In this document: one piece after another, positions 62,076 through 64,000 of the stretch
Layout: each line of letters opens with the position of its first letter
Position numbering within the stretch: position 1 is the stretch's first letter
Origin: Pelagomonas calceolata
Lineage: Eukaryota
DNA length: 64,000 bases
Direction of reading: 5' to 3'
NCBI GenBank assembly: GCA_918797485.1
Contig: CAKKNE010000001.1
Span: forward strand, 3,596,001 to 3,660,000
Position numbers and translations under genes: made by a program
Notes under the pieces: generated by a model
The model's database searches: none
Told to the model about the DNA's origin: nothing
The model's input: the letters and a program-made list of their open reading frames with translations, nothing else

Positions 62076-62097
62076 CTAGCGGAAGGTAAGACACTAG
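62076..62097 (+). promoter_or_regulatory. CTAG-bracketed intergenic motif
   Basis: CTAGCGGAAGGTAAGACACTAG between asparaginase and the HAT gene. Confidence 0.6.
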
Positions 62098-62304
62098 CAA
62101 ACTCGAGCAAAGCAAAATCGGCAGCTCTGCAGCTCTCCGCGAGCCCGCTAGGCATCCCTGGCAGTACCTAGAGGCCGGGCGGCACCCATCCAAAGAGTAA
62201 AAAAGAATTGAGACAGCGACAGTCCTCGGGAAGGGCCGGCGGAACGCCAAAGCAAGCAAAGTGAGCAGCACCCCGAAACGAGGAGCGGGGCAAGCGGGGA
62301 CGCG

Positions 62305-64000
62305 ATGGCCGAGTCCCCGACGGACAGCGCCACGCTGCCCGACGCCAACGACGACAAGCGCTCAACAAAAAGCGCCGGCAACGCCAAGGGCATCGTGCAC
62401 TTGGAATACGTCGCGCCGGACGTGGACACCCTAGACATCACGCAATTGTCCTTCGAGTTCATAAGCGCGGAGCGCTGCGCGAAGGAGACGGGCGGCGTTG
62501 ACGCGCCAGAAACAAACGCGCGGGCTGTTACAAGATTAGTAGGAGCGTACATCCCCGCGGTTGATGGGCCGACCTATATGAGGAGCGGCGATTATTCCGC
62601 GATCGCTCTGACAGCCCCTTCAAAAATAAATGGAAATGGTGTTGTGGTAGGCGGCTGCGTGTTTAGACCACAAGCCCATGCTTTTAGGGGAGGCACGTGC
62701 CGCTTCATCGAGCTCGCTCTATTTGCGGTGGAGAACCTGTGCCAAGGTCGATCCCTAGGAAGGCAATTGATGGCCTACCTCAAAAGGCATGCGGTGGACA
62801 ACTACCAGGCCCAATCTATATTGACGTTCGCGGACTACAAGGCGTTCGCGTTTTTTAAGAGGGTAGGGTATGATCGAAGAATCAAGACGCCGGCGGCGGT
62901 CTGGCGGGCGCACTGCGTCCACTACAACGGCGCGGCCGTCTGCGAGACGCGGCTCGAAGGTCTGGAGGAGGAGGAGCGGCGAAGGGGCATGCCCCCCGTC
63001 CCAAAAGCATGCCGGATCATCCCCTGCACGTCGGGCCAGCCGAACTGCTACTGTCGGAGCGGACGAACGCGGGCCATCGCGCGCTACGACGGCGCGACGG
63101 GCGAAGAGCTCGCCGTCTACTGTGGCGCGGCTGATGCCGCGCGCAAGTTAGGCCTGGCGGCGTGCTCCGTGACGCACGTCACCAATGGTTTAGCTGAATC
63201 GGCAGGTGGTCACCACTTCCGGTATATTAATGAAGTGGCATGGCTGAATTCCGGTTCAAGGGCAGTGTTAGAACTAGCAAGGGACGGCAGCGTGAAGCAC
63301 GAGCACCCGTCGTGCAACGCCGCGGCCAATCGATTATTTGGGAAGAACACGCGGAAGAACGGTTCCATAGGCGAGTGCTGCAACGGCTATATTGACCACG
63401 TCGACGGCCACGTCTTCCGCTGGGCGGAGCCGCGCATTAACGGCTGCGACTACTGCGGGTCCGACGCCGACGCTGCTACCTTGTTATTGTGTGATGGTAT
63501 TGACGGGCGCTGCGGCGCGACGGCCCACGTCGCCTGCCTCGGCCTGACGGCGACGCCCACCGGCGACCATTTTTGTGATCGGTGCCAGGAACGACTGGAC
63601 GCGGGCTGGTCGGCGACACAACCCGTTCCTAGAAAACTGCCGCGGGGCTACTTCAAGGATAGGAGAGGCGTCACGCCCCAGCCCGTATTAAGGGCGCGCG
63701 CCGAGGACGCGCAGCGCGCGCTCGACGCCGCGCGGCCCACGAAACCGCCGCCGCCGCCCAAACCAATTGTCATCGAGGGCCCGCGCCGGCGCAAGGCCAC
63801 GAAGCGGTTGGGGGAAGACCCCGACGAGGTCGAGGCGCCTGTAAAAAGACGCGCGCCGAGCGCGCCGCGGCGGCCGCGCAATTCGGCGCCGCGGCGGCCG
63901 CGGACGGCGATCAAGCTCAAGGCCGTCTGCGCCGACGCCTTCTTGGAAAGCGGAACCCTCTGCGACCTCTGCGCGCGGCCGGACGGCCGCATGGTCGCGT
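62305..64000 (+). CDS. GCN5-like histone acetyltransferase + 2 NUMOD1-like repeats + PHD finger (runs off the window; absent from the ORF track)
   Basis: Manual translation: VVGGCVFRP..FIELALFAV..QGRSLGRQLMAYLK..LTFADYKAFAFFKRVGY; two NUMOD1-like repeats ending GGHHFRY and GHVFRW; PHD CDYC..LLLCDG..C..HVAC..CDRC. Confidence 0.85.
   Translation, partial: MAESPTDSATLPDANDDKRSTKSAGNAKGIVHLEYVAPDVDTLDITQLSFEFISAERCAKETGGVDAPETNARAVTRLVGAYIPAVDGPTYMRSGDYSAIALTAPSKINGNGVVVGGCVFRPQAHAFRGGTCRFIELALFAVENLCQGRSLGRQLMAYLKRHAVDNYQAQSILTFADYKAFAFFKRVGYDRRIKTPAAVWRAHCVHYNGAAVCETRLEGLEEEERRRGMPPVPKACRIIPCTSGQPNCYCRSGRTRAIARYDGATGEELAVYCGAADAARKLGLAACSVTHVTNGLAESAGGHHFRYINEVAWLNSGSRAVLELARDGSVKHEHPSCNAAANRLFGKNTRKNGSIGECCNGYIDHVDGHVFRWAEPRINGCDYCGSDADAATLLLCDGIDGRCGATAHVACLGLTATPTGDHFCDRCQERLDAGWSATQPVPRKLPRGYFKDRRGVTPQPVLRARAEDAQRALDAARPTKPPPPPKPIVIEGPRRRKATKRLGEDPDEVEAPVKRRAPSAPRRPRNSAPRRPRTAIKLKAVCADAFLESGTLCDLCARPDGRMVA

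Noticed and set aside
5199..62097. Repeated CTAG motif as a CRISPR-like array
   Set aside because: Copies are kilobases apart, variable and separated by genes; no cas genes or regular spacers.
126..63992. Numerous antisense and alternate-frame Arg/Ala/Pro-rich ORFs
   Set aside because: Expected shadows of high-GC coding sequence.

Overview
High-GC, gene-dense, intron-poor eukaryotic DNA. The gene content (type III PKS, bipartite plastid-type leaders) and TIR-bearing introner-type introns point to a pelagophyte alga such as Pelagomonas or Aureococcus; this is inference. About 38 genes are present, including syntaxin-16, GNB1L/ASA1-like WD40, MCM6, eIF3c, NPRL3, a MATE transporter, SfsA, a JmjC protein, GT90, type III PKS, asparaginase and a GCN5-like HAT. 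Most notable: (1) a bacterial-type RavA AAA+ ATPase and its ViaA VWA partner lie co-oriented about 4.7 kb apart, and the end of ViaA carries a diverged copy of RavA's first helix, suggesting fission of a ViaA-RavA fusion; (2) a CTAG-bracketed 20-23 bp motif (CTAGCGG-N-TAAGACACTAG) recurs about 16 times, every copy I found intergenic and mostly oriented to a gene start; (3) a 1487-aa protein joins BRCT, 2H phosphoesterase, PNK 3'-phosphatase, SQ/TQ, DUF1810-like and aprataxin modules; (4) four introner elements with 15-bp TIRs and 8-bp TSDs, three of which splice in frame; (5) a GCN5-NUMOD1x2-PHD gene missing from the ORF track; (6) a possible bicistronic pair. All family calls come from motif recognition by eye, without database searches.
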